A DNA stretch of 64,000 bases from Ostreococcus lucimarinus (GCA_000092065.1 CP000582.1), one strand, 5' to 3'. Positions 10,721 through 22,657 are shown, numbered from the stretch's first letter. Translations and numbers: made by a program. The notes: a model not told the origin generated them from the letters alone.

Positions 10721-12121
10721 TCATGCATTTGTTTGCCGAGAGCAAACTCGATACGTGAGTATGCGACCCCTCGCATTCGCGACGGCCAGAAGTGTGCCAT
10801 CGTTGTTGAAAGCTGTCGACGAGACGTAGTGTAAAGGGGTTGAGCTAGTTGGCCAAGCTTTGACCATCGATAACGTAGGGACGTGGAAGGCTCGTAAAGC
10901 GTTCTTCTTGAATGATGACGACATGATGATGATATCACCATGAGGATCTGAACTTAGTGATGTGACCGATGTCGAAAGACTTGATATGCGCTTTGCTGGA
11001 CTCTGCGTTCTTCTCTTATATGGATCACTCCAGTCCACATCTGCGAATCTATGGACGCTGACTATGCCATTGCCTTGCCCCGTGATGATTTTCTCACCGT
11101 CAGGTGTCAAACATATACATTTTGTGTCATCAAAACCAGCTGCTTTTTTCAGACAACGCTGCATCCGAACATCCCAACAATAAAGCAATCCATCATCTGT
11201 GACGCCGATTATCTCCATCCCGGCGTGTGAAAATACACATGCACGAACCGACGTACCAGTAGTATTGAGTTTCATAACACACGTGCGGCTCGTTTGTGAA
11301 ATTATATTCACTTCGGATGATCCTGGAATACCTAACAAGTCTGTGCCTGGAGCTTGAGCAAAGGTACCGCGGACGAGCGTCTCTCTACGCATGTGGACCC
11401 TCTCAACGGTGTTTCTCTCAAGATGGCCCAATAATAAGTTCCCTTTGCCGCATATAATAGTGTAATCGCTACTCCTGCTGAATTCTACGTTCTTAATTGA
11501 TACATTTTCTATCGACAGTGTCTGAAACAGCTTGTTGTTTTTACCGTCCACCCTAAATATATTCACCCGAGAGTCGGCACTAGCACTCAAGGCCAACTCA
11601 CGTTTGTGGTGAAAATGCACACAAATAGCTGCACTCTCAGGGGGGCCGTCAAAATCAAAATCTTTCACCCTCGTAAAATCAAGAAGATTCAGGTTGCGCC
11701 GAGCTTCCAGCCCTACACGAACTGCGGAGTTTCCAACTTCTGGGAAAGCACGACCGGTGCTGGTATGGGTACCATCGGACCAACGCTTGACTACTTTCGA
11801 CCCGATGAAGGAAATAGATTCTTCGTCTGGCTGAGAAAGAGCCAATTCAGAACCCGCAAACTCAACTGCCTCCACCCGTCGCTTGTTCGCAAAATTTCCG
11901 CAGAAACCGCCGTCACCATGGTCGTCTATCCAGGCACGGCCACGTGAGCCTCCCATCTCGACTAGCGTACGCGACGTCAAGTCGAGCGCGATATGATATC
12001 GCCTACACAGATGGTCTTCTGCACAAGCGAGACTCTCGCGCGCGCGTCGACTTTCTTTGCGAGAGAAACAAAAAAAGCGACGCCAGCCGACTTGACTGCG
12101 AGTGGACGGACATAAGTACAA
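10721..12121 (-). CDS. WD40-repeat protein, possibly the U3 snoRNP component UTP18.
   Basis: Multiple WD-like repeats in the C-terminal 300 aa (LLYCWDVR, GNGIVSVHRF) and a basic N-terminus. The true start probably lies at an internal Met. Confidence 0.5.
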   Translation of the reverse strand: MYLCPSTRSQVGWRRFFCFSRKESRRARESLACAEDHLCRRYHIALDLTSRTLVEMGGSRGRAWIDDHGDGGFCGNFANKRRVEAVEFAGSELALSQPDEESISFIGSKVVKRWSDGTHTSTGRAFPEVGNSAVRVGLEARRNLNLLDFTRVKDFDFDGPPESAAICVHFHHKRELALSASADSRVNIFRVDGKNNKLFQTLSIENVSIKNVEFSRSSDYTIICGKGNLLLGHLERNTVERVHMRRETLVRGTFAQAPGTDLLGIPGSSEVNIISQTSRTCVMKLNTTGTSVRACVFSHAGMEIIGVTDDGLLYCWDVRMQRCLKKAAGFDDTKCICLTPDGEKIITGQGNGIVSVHRFADVDWSDPYKRRTQSPAKRISSLSTSVTSLSSDPHGDIIIMSSSFKKNALRAFHVPTLSMVKAWPTSSTPLHYVSSTAFNNDGTLLAVANARGRILTYRVCSRQTNA

Positions 12122-12474
12122 AATGGTAGGCTACGAAGCGTGCATTGTGTGTAAATGATCCGATATATTACACATTCAATATACGGATATACAATATATA
12201 GCGTGTAGATGTCGCATCAGTATGGAAAGAAATGTAACCAATAGGACCCGTTCTAAACCCTAGATTTGATAAAGGCGGCACGAGGGCCGTTCTCGATTTC
12301 TGCGTAGCTGGTTACCACAGAGACGCAGGAGCTCTTCCTTCCAAGTGAAACGATTCAGCGTCAAAGTATGAATCGTACGCTGTACTATCCTTCGTGATGA
12401 AACTACGTGATGAAGTTGCGAATGCACTTTGAACTTCAAGTGTGACTGGACAAGCACTGTTTAAGCTCTTTGAA

Positions 12475-13728
12475 ATGACCTCTTTCGACAAGCTTGGTTT
12501 AAGCGGCGTACTGCTACGTAATATTCGGCAGCTAGGTTTTACAGAGCCTAGTTCTGTGCAAAAGTCTTGCATCCCGCCGATCCTTCAGGGAAGGGATGTC
12601 ATCGGCATTGCCAACACAGGAAGTGGAAAAACAGCTGCCTTTGCCCTGCCCGTTGTGCACGTATTGAGTGTAGACCCACATGGCGTCTTTGCGCTCTGCC
12701 TTAGCCCTACGCGGGAACTGGCCTATCAGATAGCTGAACAGTTTGCAGTTTTCAGCGTCGGAATGTCTCTCAGGTGTGAAGTGGTAATTGGTGGTGAGGA
12801 CCTACTTCGACAGGCCAGCTCACTATCGAAACGTCCGCATATTGTTGTCGCAACGCCTGGACGTTTACTAGAGCACTTCATGCACTCCTCTGATACCATA
12901 GAATGCTTTCAGAGACTCAAGTTCTTGATTTTAGACGAGGCGGATAGACTTCTAGATTCCTCCTTTGAGGCTGAGCTCCGATATCTGTTGACAAATTTGC
13001 CACAGAAGCGCCAGACTCTGATGTTTTCTGCCACCATAACACCAAGCGTTATAGCACTCAAGCCACTCCTCGGTCAACGTGCTTTCTACTATGAAGAAAA
13101 AGGTGAATTAACGACGCCCACCGGGTGCGCGCAATACTACTGTTTCATGCCCGAAAAAGTCAAGGATACGTACTTGGTTCACGTGTTGAGAGAACTTGTG
13201 TCAAGCAAGTCCACACGCGCCATGATATTTTGCCCTACAGTTCAGAAGTGTGAGATGGTATCGCATATGCTTCATAATCTCGGTATAGCTGCATGTTCTC
13301 TACATGCAGCGAAGAAACAGAGAGATCGACACTCCACATTGAACGCTTTTAAGAGTACAATGGTGAAGATTTTAGTCGCGACAGATGTTGCGGCGCGAGG
13401 ACTTGACTTGCCTGACGTTGAATTGGTGGTCAACTACGATATACCCTCAGATCCTCGTCAGTACATTCACCGAATCGGTCGAACTGCTCGATTTCACGCG
13501 ACTGGTCAAGCTATATCGCTCGTCACGCAGTATGATGTAGGAAAAATCAAGAAAATAGAAAAACACCTTGGGCACGAACTCGAAGAATTTCATGTGCAAG
13601 AAGCAGATGTTAATAAGTTGGTGGGAGAAGTTTTTGCTTCTAGAAAGATGGCCAAATTACACATGGCTTCCCCAGGCGGATTCGATGAGCAGCTCAGTGC
13701 AAAGAAGAAGCGACAATCGGCTAAGTAA
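12475..13728 (+). CDS. DEAD-box ATP-dependent RNA helicase (DDX49/Dbp8-like).
   Basis: Q-motif region TFDKLGLS..GFTEPSSVQ, Walker A ANTGSGKTAAF, DEAD box LILDEADRLLD, and SAT, HRIGRTAR motifs. The start is taken as the internal Met MTSFDKLGL. Confidence 0.85.
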   Translation: MTSFDKLGLSGVLLRNIRQLGFTEPSSVQKSCIPPILQGRDVIGIANTGSGKTAAFALPVVHVLSVDPHGVFALCLSPTRELAYQIAEQFAVFSVGMSLRCEVVIGGEDLLRQASSLSKRPHIVVATPGRLLEHFMHSSDTIECFQRLKFLILDEADRLLDSSFEAELRYLLTNLPQKRQTLMFSATITPSVIALKPLLGQRAFYYEEKGELTTPTGCAQYYCFMPEKVKDTYLVHVLRELVSSKSTRAMIFCPTVQKCEMVSHMLHNLGIAACSLHAAKKQRDRHSTLNAFKSTMVKILVATDVAARGLDLPDVELVVNYDIPSDPRQYIHRIGRTARFHATGQAISLVTQYDVGKIKKIEKHLGHELEEFHVQEADVNKLVGEVFASRKMAKLHMASPGGFDEQLSAKKKRQSAK

Positions 13729-13829
13729 TGTTTAGACATTTTGTTTTATATACCTATATATAGGTACCTAGTATTGTAATATTACACGGTACTACGCCAG
13801 ATTACGTAGTTTTTTTATCGCATATTGCT

Positions 13830-14130
13830 GAGAAACCTTGGGGCGTGGTTCCACGCCCCAAGGTTTCCAGAAAGTAATACATACTGATATCATACGTTCG
13901 CCGACATATAGAGAATGAACCCAATCCCGTATTATAGTGGTTCTAACGCATATGTCTACACTACATGACCTAGACCTACATATAGACTTAGCGCGTATGA
14001 ATAAGCATCGGACAAGCACGCACGGCATCCATCGCGACTTATAAACCCAAGGTTTCTCAATTTAGACTTTCGCCGTTTTGCGATGGTGTATAATAAGCGT
14101 TGACAACACTATAATACAGGATTGGGTTCA
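13830..14130. repeat. Intergenic inverted-repeat structure, a partial copy of the short-TIR MITE-like family also seen at 45.3 kb.
   Basis: Perfect 17-bp-stem hairpin gaaaccttggggcgtgg/ccacgccccaaggtttc centred near 13850. The motif agaaagtaatacatactgatat (13868-13890) is shared with 45405-45427. An inverted pair gaacccaatcccgtattatagtg (about 13915) and cactataatacaggattgggttc (about 14107) flanks it. Confidence 0.4.
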
Positions 14131-14159
14131 TCTCATGTGTCAATATCTCTCAGCCACAG

Positions 14160-17006
14160 GTGTGGCGCAGCACTCGGTCGATCACAGTTTTTTTATTCAG
14201 CTGCACCAGTTCGCACGCGGAATTTTCCATAACTCGCGACCCGAACCCGATGAATGTACGAGCAGCGCACCGTACGCTTCAATCACTTGTGAGAGTGCGA
14301 AGTTTCGGGCTACTCGGCTGCCGGCTCGCACGGTGTACGTCAGACTTAGCGGACAGCTCAACAACTCTGTTGCCGTTGTTGCGTACACGAAGTACAGGCG
14401 TAATACCGGTTATCAACGTGCAGTCGAGCCGTAGCGCATGCGTCGGTACAAGGGGGATTCTAGATGAGTATGAACAGCATAAAAACGACAGGGCCCAACT
14501 CGGTATACCCGCAAAACCTCTCTCTGCGAAGCAAGTATCAGAACTGATTGCCTTGCTGGAAGCACCGATCAGCGAAGAAGAAGACCGCATATATGATATG
14601 CTAGTAAACTGCATTTCACCTGGTGTCGATGAAGCGGCATATGTTAAGGCAGGTTGGCTTGCAAGTGTAAGCAAAGGCAAGACTGTGAGCCCGTTAGTAT
14701 CGCGGGAAGATGCCGTCCGTATCCTTGGCACCATGCAGGGTGGATACAACATCTCGCCTCTTATTGATGCACTTGATTATGACGACTTGGGTCGCATTGC
14801 CGCTGCCGCTCTTTCTGACACCCTGTTGATATTCGATGCATTTTACGATGTTCAAGAGAAAGCAGATAAAGCAAATAAGTATGCCATGCAAGTAGTGCAG
14901 AGTTGGGCGGACGCAGAATGGTTCACAAAGAAGAGCCCACCACCATCAAAAATCACTGTAACAGTGTTCAAAGTGCCAGGTGAAACAAATACCGATGATC
15001 TTTCGCCCGCTCAAGATGCATGGAGTCGCCCCGATATTCCTCTGCACGCCCTTGCGATGCTCAAATCACCGCGTGAAGGAATTCAAAACCCGATTTCTCA
15101 AATCGACGAACTCAAAAAACTTGGATATCCACTGGCGTATGTTGGCGACGTCGTTGGGACTGGTTCGTCACGTAAGTCTGCAACGAATTCTGTCTTGTGG
15201 CACATGGGTATTGACATTCCGAACGTTCCCAATAAACGCACTGGAGGAGTATGCATCGGTGGTAAAATTGCTCCAATTTTCTTCAACACAATGGAGGACA
15301 GTGGGGCATTCCCTATCGAGATGGACGTGAAGAATATACACATGGGTGATGTCATAGATATATTCCCGTATGAGGGTTTAGTCAAGAAACATGGCACAAA
15401 TGAGGTTATCACAACTTTTTCCCTGAAGAGTCCTGTGCTATTGGATGAAATTCAGGCTGGTGGGCGCATCCCACTCATTATTGGTCGATCGTTGACTGAT
15501 AAAGCTAGAAATGCATTGGGTCTAGAGCCTTCTGAAGTATTTCAAGTGCCCCAGGTCTCTAAATCACGTTCTAAGGGGTTTACACTCGCACAGAAGATGG
15601 TGGGGAAGGCATGTGGTGTGGCTGGGATACTTCCCGGCACATACTGCGAACCTCGTGTAACGACTGTGGGGAGTCAAGATACGACTGGTCCTATGACACG
15701 TGACGAGTTGAAGGATCTGGCTTGTCTTGGTTTCACCGCCGATTTAGTCATGCAGTCTTTTTGCCATACGGCTGCATATCCCAAGCCTGTTGATGTTGAC
15801 ACTCACCACACTCTCCCCACTTTTATTCGCAACCGTGGCGGTGTATCGCTTAGACCAGGAGATGGGGTCATACACAGCTGGCTGAATCGTATGCTCTTAC
15901 CTGATACAGTAGGTACAGGTGGCGACTCGCACACTCGATTCCCGATTGGGATTTCGTTTCCAGCTGGCTCTGGTTTAGTAGCATTCGGTGCTGCCACTGG
16001 AGTTATTCCTCTCGACATGCCAGAATCAGTACTTGTTCGTTTCACTGGGCATCTACAGCCAGGTATTACTTTGCGGGATCTTGTCCACGCTATTCCACTG
16101 CAGGCAATTGAAGATGGATTACTTACAGTCGCAAAAGAAGACAAAGTCAACGCCTTTAGTGGGCGTATTTTGGAAATTGAAGGTCTTGAGCATCTGAAGT
16201 GTGAACAAGCATTTGAACTGTCAGACGCTAGTGCTGAAAGAAGTGCGGCTGGCTGTACAATTAAGCTCGACGAAGCAAGCGTAAAGGAGTATCTTACTAG
16301 TAACGTTGCTCTTCTTAAGTGGATGATAGCCAATGATTATGGTGAGGTTCGTACTCTCGAGCGCAGAATCCTCGCGATGCAACAATGGCTCGCTGCCCCA
16401 GAGCTTTTACGGGCTGATGATGATGCTGAGTACGCTGCGACGATCGAAATTGATTTGAACGCAATCACAGAACCTATATTATGTGCACCGAATGATCCAG
16501 ATGACGCACGTACACTTTCTTCTGTAGTTGGTGATAAAGTTGACGAGGTGTTCATAGGCTCTTGCATGACGAACATTGGTCATTTCAGAGCTGCGGCAAA
16601 GCTTTTGAACGACAATCTCAGTCAGCTTCCCACTCGACTTTGGGTGGCACCCCCAACAAAGATGGACGAATTGCAGCTGAAAGTTGAAGGACATTACAGC
16701 ACTTTTGCTACGGTAGGCGCGAGGACAGAGATGCCAGGGTGCTCTTTGTGTATGGGAAACCAAGCGAGAGTTGCTGAAAAGAGCACAGTAGTTTCTACAA
16801 GTACTCGGAACTTTCCCAATCGTCTTGGTAAAGGTGCAAATGTTTATCTAGCATCTGCAGAACTTTCTGCTGTTTGCGCGATTCTAGGCCGAATACCATC
16901 AAAGGAAGAATACTTGAGCCATGTTGAAGTGCTTACGAACAGTACTGACACGTACCAGTACCTCAACTTCGACAAATTGAGCTATTACACAGATGTACGC
17001 GAGTAA
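14160..17006 (+). CDS. acnB: Aconitate hydratase B (bacterial-type AcnB, bifunctional aconitase/2-methylisocitrate dehydratase) with an N-terminal presequence.
   Basis: A 948-aa intronless ORF that is colinear and highly similar to proteobacterial AcnB along its whole length ([89 protein letters not shown]). It has an additional ~70-aa S/T/R-rich N-terminal extension. Confidence 0.9.
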   Translation: MWRSTRSITVFLFSCTSSHAEFSITRDPNPMNVRAAHRTLQSLVRVRSFGLLGCRLARCTSDLADSSTTLLPLLRTRSTGVIPVINVQSSRSACVGTRGILDEYEQHKNDRAQLGIPAKPLSAKQVSELIALLEAPISEEEDRIYDMLVNCISPGVDEAAYVKAGWLASVSKGKTVSPLVSREDAVRILGTMQGGYNISPLIDALDYDDLGRIAAAALSDTLLIFDAFYDVQEKADKANKYAMQVVQSWADAEWFTKKSPPPSKITVTVFKVPGETNTDDLSPAQDAWSRPDIPLHALAMLKSPREGIQNPISQIDELKKLGYPLAYVGDVVGTGSSRKSATNSVLWHMGIDIPNVPNKRTGGVCIGGKIAPIFFNTMEDSGAFPIEMDVKNIHMGDVIDIFPYEGLVKKHGTNEVITTFSLKSPVLLDEIQAGGRIPLIIGRSLTDKARNALGLEPSEVFQVPQVSKSRSKGFTLAQKMVGKACGVAGILPGTYCEPRVTTVGSQDTTGPMTRDELKDLACLGFTADLVMQSFCHTAAYPKPVDVDTHHTLPTFIRNRGGVSLRPGDGVIHSWLNRMLLPDTVGTGGDSHTRFPIGISFPAGSGLVAFGAATGVIPLDMPESVLVRFTGHLQPGITLRDLVHAIPLQAIEDGLLTVAKEDKVNAFSGRILEIEGLEHLKCEQAFELSDASAERSAAGCTIKLDEASVKEYLTSNVALLKWMIANDYGEVRTLERRILAMQQWLAAPELLRADDDAEYAATIEIDLNAITEPILCAPNDPDDARTLSSVVGDKVDEVFIGSCMTNIGHFRAAAKLLNDNLSQLPTRLWVAPPTKMDELQLKVEGHYSTFATVGARTEMPGCSLCMGNQARVAEKSTVVSTSTRNFPNRLGKGANVYLASAELSAVCAILGRIPSKEEYLSHVEVLTNSTDTYQYLNFDKLSYYTDVRE

Positions 17007-17051
17007 TACTCTGAAGAAGTAGTTACATTTACAATATTAGGCTACGTCGAG

Positions 17052-18149
17052 TTATTCGTCAGAAATGTAATCGTAAAATGCCCTGACTTTCTTGCCAAGC
17101 TGTTCCACAGTTTTGTCGTCTGATGAAAAGTCGACATCGTGCCCAAATTCTAGAATTAGTACTGGCTTCTACATATTTCCCGATCCAAGGCGCAACCAAA
17201 CATGGTGAGTTCATGCTTTTGTGTCAAAAGCTCGATACTGACATACCTTTTTAAATTGACTACACATGTGGTCTGTCACAAAACCTATCGTTAAGGTCTC
17301 CTGATGTTTTTTCCCGACCGTGAGCGCTCTCACATCCTGGTTGGGAATGTCATTAACCTCAATTTCAACTTAACAATTTCGTAATACTTGTAACAGCCAC
17401 TTTTCATGTTTGTAGTGTAGTGATTCAAGGTACTCGAGTGTGATGTTAAGCTCCTCACCACGCGCCCGCCGCTGAAGCCGCTCCATGCACACATCTGGCT
17501 CAACTCTCAAATATATAAACCCATCTGGAATCAGGGAGGGTAAGGCCTTCAGCTACACGTCAGTGCACTTGATAGAGAAACTCAAATCTACTTCACGCAC
17601 ATTTATCATGGGATACAACCAAGCGTTGTAGAGATCAGCCTCAAGCTCGGATAACCAGCCTTGTTCGTGCACTGACTCGACAAATACGTTTCGGTCAGAA
17701 AAAACACTGCGTTCAGTTATTCTTAGTAGTTTCGATGTTCCTGCGCTTTGTCGCTCTTGCAAATACCGAGTCATAAAAACATAATTCTGGAACACATATG
17801 CATATCTTTCTGGATTGGTGTAAAATTCTTTGAGCAAGTTATGAGGAGGATTGCTTGCACTTTTTCGCGGCACGCTTTGCCAACTTTGAACCGGTTCTGG
17901 GACAGTGTACACCAGATCCTATATTCACCAAATGAGTAGAGAGTATAACAAACCGAATCACATACTTCTAGGCGTGAGGCGCTTGAGAGCACCTCTGACA
18001 AAAATGTACTTTTGCCTGAACTGATGTTCCCTTCTACGCAAAGGCTGACCTGGAAAACATTTATCTCGAACTGTTTGTCAAGAAGACGGAACTTACCTTG
18101 TAAGCTGTGTCAAGCGCTTGACGAGAACTGCAAGTGACGTCAGAGAGCA
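17052..18149 (-). CDS. Deoxynucleoside kinase (dCK/dGK/TK2 family), multi-exon.
   Basis: Exons reconstructed on the minus strand. The P-loop exon reads [12 protein letters not shown] (about 18000-18060); the next exons read [26 protein letters not shown] (17597-17912), [32 protein letters not shown] (17388-17524) and the C-terminal [13 protein letters not shown]. Five predicted short introns of 48-77 nt. The stop is near 17052 and the ATG near 18147. Confidence 0.7.
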
Positions 18150-18713
18150 TTAAGTACGTATGTATTGCACTTTCCAACGATACATTCGGAGAACTTGGCG
18201 ATGCCCTCTTCGCCGCGTTGTTTGAGAAACGTTTCTCAAACAGACAAGTCGCTCAAACTGTCTCGTGGGCGTAAGCCGACAGGGCATAGATGGCACTGAG
18301 TCGGTAAAATTTGAGGAGAATATGACGTGAAACTTTGTGCGAATAATGCGGCCCCCGTGACGGTCGTATTGGAAGAAGCAGTGAAGAAAAGTTGTGAACG
18401 TTTTGAGGAGGTTGTCTGGTCAGTATGTCTGTATTTGTCGCTAATACTGTGGAATACATGCGACTGAATACTGTACTTGTACCGTGGTATCATTTGTACG
18501 TAAAACTGCATCACGGTATCATAGGAAGATTTGGAATCCCGCCGTTTCCGCTTAGCTCGCACGACTGTCGCGCAAGAACGTAGCGTTAGTGATGACAACG
18601 CTATCGGAGGAGTTATGATGAACGGCTTTTGTCGTTGTATTTTGTTTCCAGGGCACGGTAGACACCAGACAGAGGGCGTCACTGCTCAAACAAGTTAAAC
18701 AAGTTTACTGAAG

Positions 18714-20360
18714 ATGTGCGGTGTCGTTCTAGTCGTTGAAGAAAGTAGTTCGAGTTATCGTTTGTCGGACGTGAAACCACTAGCTTCTATGGTAGACTGT
18801 ACGTCCGACATAGATATTGGACTCAGCTGTGCTTTATCCCGTCGAGGACCTGATGCGTGTGCCACGTTCAATCACGCCAGCCACAAGTTTTGTATTCGCT
18901 TAACAGCTGCGATATTGCAGCTCAGAGGCGAAGAGATGGTAGACAGCCCTTTGATGGTAGCTAATGATTGTGCGATGGCATTCAATGGTGAAATTTATAG
19001 TGGTCTACCTTATCAAGACTCTACTCAACGTGACGCAGCACTCTTATTTCGAGCACTGGGTGATGCCAAAGAAGAAAGCTCGAAGATAGAACTTTTGTCT
19101 GGCGTGCGGGGTCCTTGGGCGATTGTATATTTTGATATGAAAAACGAGAATATTTTGATCGGAAAAGATATCTTTGGAAGGAGAAGTCTTTTGCTACACA
19201 TCCCTGATCACCATGATAGGCGCTTGATTGTATGCTCGACTGGCGCATCCAAACACTGCAGCGTGAAGTTTTGGACCGAGATTGGTTGCGGTGTGCACCG
19301 CATAGACCTAAGAGCCCCAACGCTAGAAGTGATAAAGCTAGACTGGAAGCATAACGTCGCCACTACATGCGGGATGCTCGGTGAAGAATGTAGGCAGCTA
19401 CCAACCTTTCTCTCAAGCCTGCACAGCAAGTGCTCACTGCGTTCGTTCATGCGGTTGCTCGATCGTTCAATGGAAATCAGGGTAACGATGAACTCTCGGA
19501 AGGAGTTATGCGCACCCCCACATGATAAGATGGCTCAGGTTCTTGTTCTCTTCTCAGGGGGGCTCGACAGCACAACCATCGCGTCGTTGGCTCACAGACA
19601 TGTCCCTGCCGGTGAAGTCATCGACCTTTGCAGCGTCTGTTTTCGAGATGGAACCTCTCCGGATCGATTAGCTGCTAAGGATGCTTTAACAGAGCTAAGG
19701 TCGATTTCACCTGGCAGAGTATGGCGATTTATCGAGGCAGACGTGAGTGTGGAAGAGGTTCTCAGGCATTTCTACCACATTCGTTCACTCATTCAACCAC
19801 AAAATAGCACCATGGCTTACAACATTGGAGTGGCCCTATGGTTTGCGTCGCGAGCGAAAGGAACCGCTACGCTCTACAACGTACATGGACCAATTGAAAT
19901 ATCTAGGAATTACATATCGGACGCAAGAGTTGTTCTCTTGGGTCACGGTGCTGATGAAGTCCTTGGTGGGTATCGTAGACATAGAACTGCTTTTGAGCAA
20001 GGTGGGATGATCTCTCTTGCGAGAGAAATTAAATTGGATATAGACCGTCTATGGATTAGAAATCTGGGAAGAGATGATCGCGTTGTGTCAGATTCAGGTC
20101 GAGAGGGTAGGTATCCTTTCCTTGATGAAGAGCTTGTGCGTTCGGTAACAACCAGTTCTTTTCGCGGTGTATTCAACTTTAGTCTTCCACCAGGTCAGGG
20201 CGATAAGCTTATCCTTCGAAAGACAGCGTGCCACCTCGGCTTATTGCATACTTCGAGAAGGCCCAAATGCGCGCTACAGTTTGGGAGCAAAGTTAATCGC
20301 TTTGAGAGTGAGTTGAAACTACGAAATAGTGCCGACGAAGCAGCGTGTAAAAGTGATTGA
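18714..20360 (+). CDS. Asparagine synthetase domain-containing protein (ASNSD1-like; N-terminal nucleophile amidotransferase plus PP-loop ATP pyrophosphatase).
   Basis: The N-terminal Met-Cys (MCGV) is typical of class II glutamine amidotransferases, and the PP-loop SGGLDS (VLFSGGLDSTTIA) follows. 548-aa ORF. Confidence 0.7.
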   Translation: MCGVVLVVEESSSSYRLSDVKPLASMVDCTSDIDIGLSCALSRRGPDACATFNHASHKFCIRLTAAILQLRGEEMVDSPLMVANDCAMAFNGEIYSGLPYQDSTQRDAALLFRALGDAKEESSKIELLSGVRGPWAIVYFDMKNENILIGKDIFGRRSLLLHIPDHHDRRLIVCSTGASKHCSVKFWTEIGCGVHRIDLRAPTLEVIKLDWKHNVATTCGMLGEECRQLPTFLSSLHSKCSLRSFMRLLDRSMEIRVTMNSRKELCAPPHDKMAQVLVLFSGGLDSTTIASLAHRHVPAGEVIDLCSVCFRDGTSPDRLAAKDALTELRSISPGRVWRFIEADVSVEEVLRHFYHIRSLIQPQNSTMAYNIGVALWFASRAKGTATLYNVHGPIEISRNYISDARVVLLGHGADEVLGGYRRHRTAFEQGGMISLAREIKLDIDRLWIRNLGRDDRVVSDSGREGRYPFLDEELVRSVTTSSFRGVFNFSLPPGQGDKLILRKTACHLGLLHTSRRPKCALQFGSKVNRFESELKLRNSADEAACKSD

Positions 20361-20998
20361 CCACGCCATGGGCGCGGATGGCGCCGTGTACTGTTGACGT
20401 TCAGTGGTATGTCCCACGTGAGGTCCCTGCGATTTGTTTCTTTCATGAGTCTACCTTATACCCACCTTGACTGTGTACAACTTTGCCACTAAACTGAACA
20501 CTCGAGTTCTCGTCAAGAAGTCAGGCTGTCCCCTTGTGTACTGTGTTGTAGAGCTGGTGCCGCAGCACACAGCGCGGACGCATCAACGGCAACGCTGCGA
20601 ACTCTTTCCATCAATGCCTCTTCCGTAGCATCTCTTTCCTCATGACTTAGCGAACGTGTGCGTTCCTTGTTTTTGTTGTCTGTTTTTCCCCAAGAGTTTG
20701 ATGTGCGTGCGCCACCACTAAAAATCTTAAAGGTTGTATTTGTATCATCAAAGTTCATGAATGGAGTATACTCTCACTATTAGGATTCGTCACGGGCGAA
20801 CAGCTCTGGCAAGTAACTCAGAAAGAGAGTCGCGGCGAGCCGAAATCCGTCACGACGGTGTACGAAGTAACAAAGAGATAGGTTTACAGTATAGGTTATA
20901 TGAATCTCGATCTTGTTTTTTTCGTCCAGTAACCAAATAAAAGAAACGACGCGAACGCGAGATACGTACAGCCGACACGTCGCAGTTGCAGTGCAAGA

Positions 20999-21868
20999 AT
21001 GATACGTTTGGTTACAGACATCGCGAATAAGAGTCTACTGATACTGTCGTGCTCATATGCAGCTATTTTAGGTGCTCTTTGTCTCTTTCAACGGAAGCTT
21101 CAGTACTTCCCCACTGCAGAAGTGCCAACTCTAGATAGCCTTCCAACCGCTTTCCGTCGTGTCGAGGAGTTTGAAGTGCACGTGATTGACGGGCTGAAAC
21201 TGAAAGGCTGGTTATGGCGACAGAAGTCTTCACCAGTGTTGATACTGCATTTGCACGGAAACGCAGGAAATCGATTTCACCGTCTATACTGGGCGAATGA
21301 AATCGTGAAACGGACAAGCTGTTCTGTCGCACTTTTTGATTACCGAGGTTTTGGTGGGAATCCTGGTCGTATCTCAGAGGATGGTCTGATTAAAGACGCG
21401 GTGGCAGCCATAACGTGGGCATACACGAATGCGAAACGAAATTCACAAAAGCTTGTTCTACACCTGGAAAGCATCGGTAGTGCTGTGGGCCTGAGTGCTC
21501 TGCTCAAAATGGCAGTCGAAGTTCGGGTCGATGGAATCGTCGTAGAGGGCGGATTGTGCTCGTGTTATGATTTAGCACGTTCTATGCTACCTTTCGTACC
21601 AGTTAAATTATTATTACGCGACAAATGGAACCTTACCATTCAAGGCGCTCAGGAGCTGGATGAAGATATCAACTTCCTCAGCCTGCACGGGAAGGCTGAT
21701 CGGATAGTGCCACTCTGGTGTGGGACGAAATTGTTCGAAGCAGTGTCTTGTCGTCACAAAAAATTTATAGCGTTTGAATTTGGCGACCATAACGATTTGA
21801 TTATCCAACCTGGTTATCTTGATGCACTTCTTGAATTTTATGCTGAAGTTGAGCGTAAAGACACTTGA
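20999..21868 (+). CDS. Alpha/beta-hydrolase of the BEM46/ABHD13 family.
   Basis: N-terminal transmembrane segment, an HLHGNAGN motif, a nucleophile elbow GxSxG context (LESIGSAVG), and a D/H pair downstream (GKADRIVP...GDHND). Confidence 0.65.
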   Translation: MIRLVTDIANKSLLILSCSYAAILGALCLFQRKLQYFPTAEVPTLDSLPTAFRRVEEFEVHVIDGLKLKGWLWRQKSSPVLILHLHGNAGNRFHRLYWANEIVKRTSCSVALFDYRGFGGNPGRISEDGLIKDAVAAITWAYTNAKRNSQKLVLHLESIGSAVGLSALLKMAVEVRVDGIVVEGGLCSCYDLARSMLPFVPVKLLLRDKWNLTIQGAQELDEDINFLSLHGKADRIVPLWCGTKLFEAVSCRHKKFIAFEFGDHNDLIIQPGYLDALLEFYAEVERKDT

Positions 21869-21910
21869 TGGACCAGAGTGCAGTTCCAATCTATCACACT
21901 CACTTTTTCG

Positions 21911-22657
21911 CTACAAACCCTGCAAAACATTAACGAAATCGCCAATACCAGTACCCTGTATTGCAGAGACACCTACAATATTTAGATGCTCATAGAACTC
22001 TTGTAAAATCAAGTTGAGCGATGAAGTTAATGCAGAGGAAAAGTTACTTGCATTCTCAAGTTTTTCCTGAAAGATATTGACATCGGTTAGCAATTTAAGT
22101 AGCGGAGCATGAGGAGCAACGTCAATTTTATTGAAAACTAACACCACATTGAGACGGCTCCTGTATAGTACACTCACGGCTTGCAACATGTTGCTCATCA
22201 ATATCTGTGGATTTTGGCACTGGGGGGTATCCATAACGAAAAGAATGTCCGTGCTAAAGCTACTAGCAATCATTTCTGTGATCATCATACCACTGGCCGA
22301 CCAAGTAAAAATTTCGATCTGTCCAGGAGTATCTACAAAGAAGTACTCATACTCTGTCGCTCTCTGCTCACATATGCTGATAACCTTGTCGAACCTGGTT
22401 GCAAACAGATTCGCTGCGGTGAGTATTGCACCATTCGGACCTAAACTATACTCTTTCATAACGGCTTTGTAGTCAATCGTATCGCGGATATCTATGTTAG
22501 CCTGATAAGGTAAGTTGTGCGCTGCAGGGTCGAGGTTGATTACGTATGACGATTTCCCAGCGGCGTGCGTGAAATCCACAAGCCTTTCCAGCAGCGAAGT
22601 TTTACCCGAACCTGCCATACCAACAAGTATGCACACTCTACCGCGTTGAACGCTCAT
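21911..22657 (-). CDS. GPN-loop GTPase (GPN2/GPN3-like).
   Basis: P-loop VGMAGSGKTS, the diagnostic GPNGAI motif (YSLGPNGAI), and NK.D (VFNKIDV). 248 aa. Confidence 0.85.
   Translation of the reverse strand: MSVQRGRVCILVGMAGSGKTSLLERLVDFTHAAGKSSYVINLDPAAHNLPYQANIDIRDTIDYKAVMKEYSLGPNGAILTAANLFATRFDKVISICEQRATEYEYFFVDTPGQIEIFTWSASGMMITEMIASSFSTDILFVMDTPQCQNPQILMSNMLQAVSVLYRSRLNVVLVFNKIDVAPHAPLLKLLTDVNIFQEKLENASNFSSALTSSLNLILQEFYEHLNIVGVSAIQGTGIGDFVNVLQGL

Noticed and set aside
14197-16763. Numerous 60-180-aa ORFs antisense to, or out of frame within, large conserved genes (AcnB, Hsp70, DXS, eIF3c, ATP synthase beta)
   Set aside because: They fall within strongly supported coding regions on the opposite strand or in another frame and show no protein-like features. 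They are shadow ORFs.
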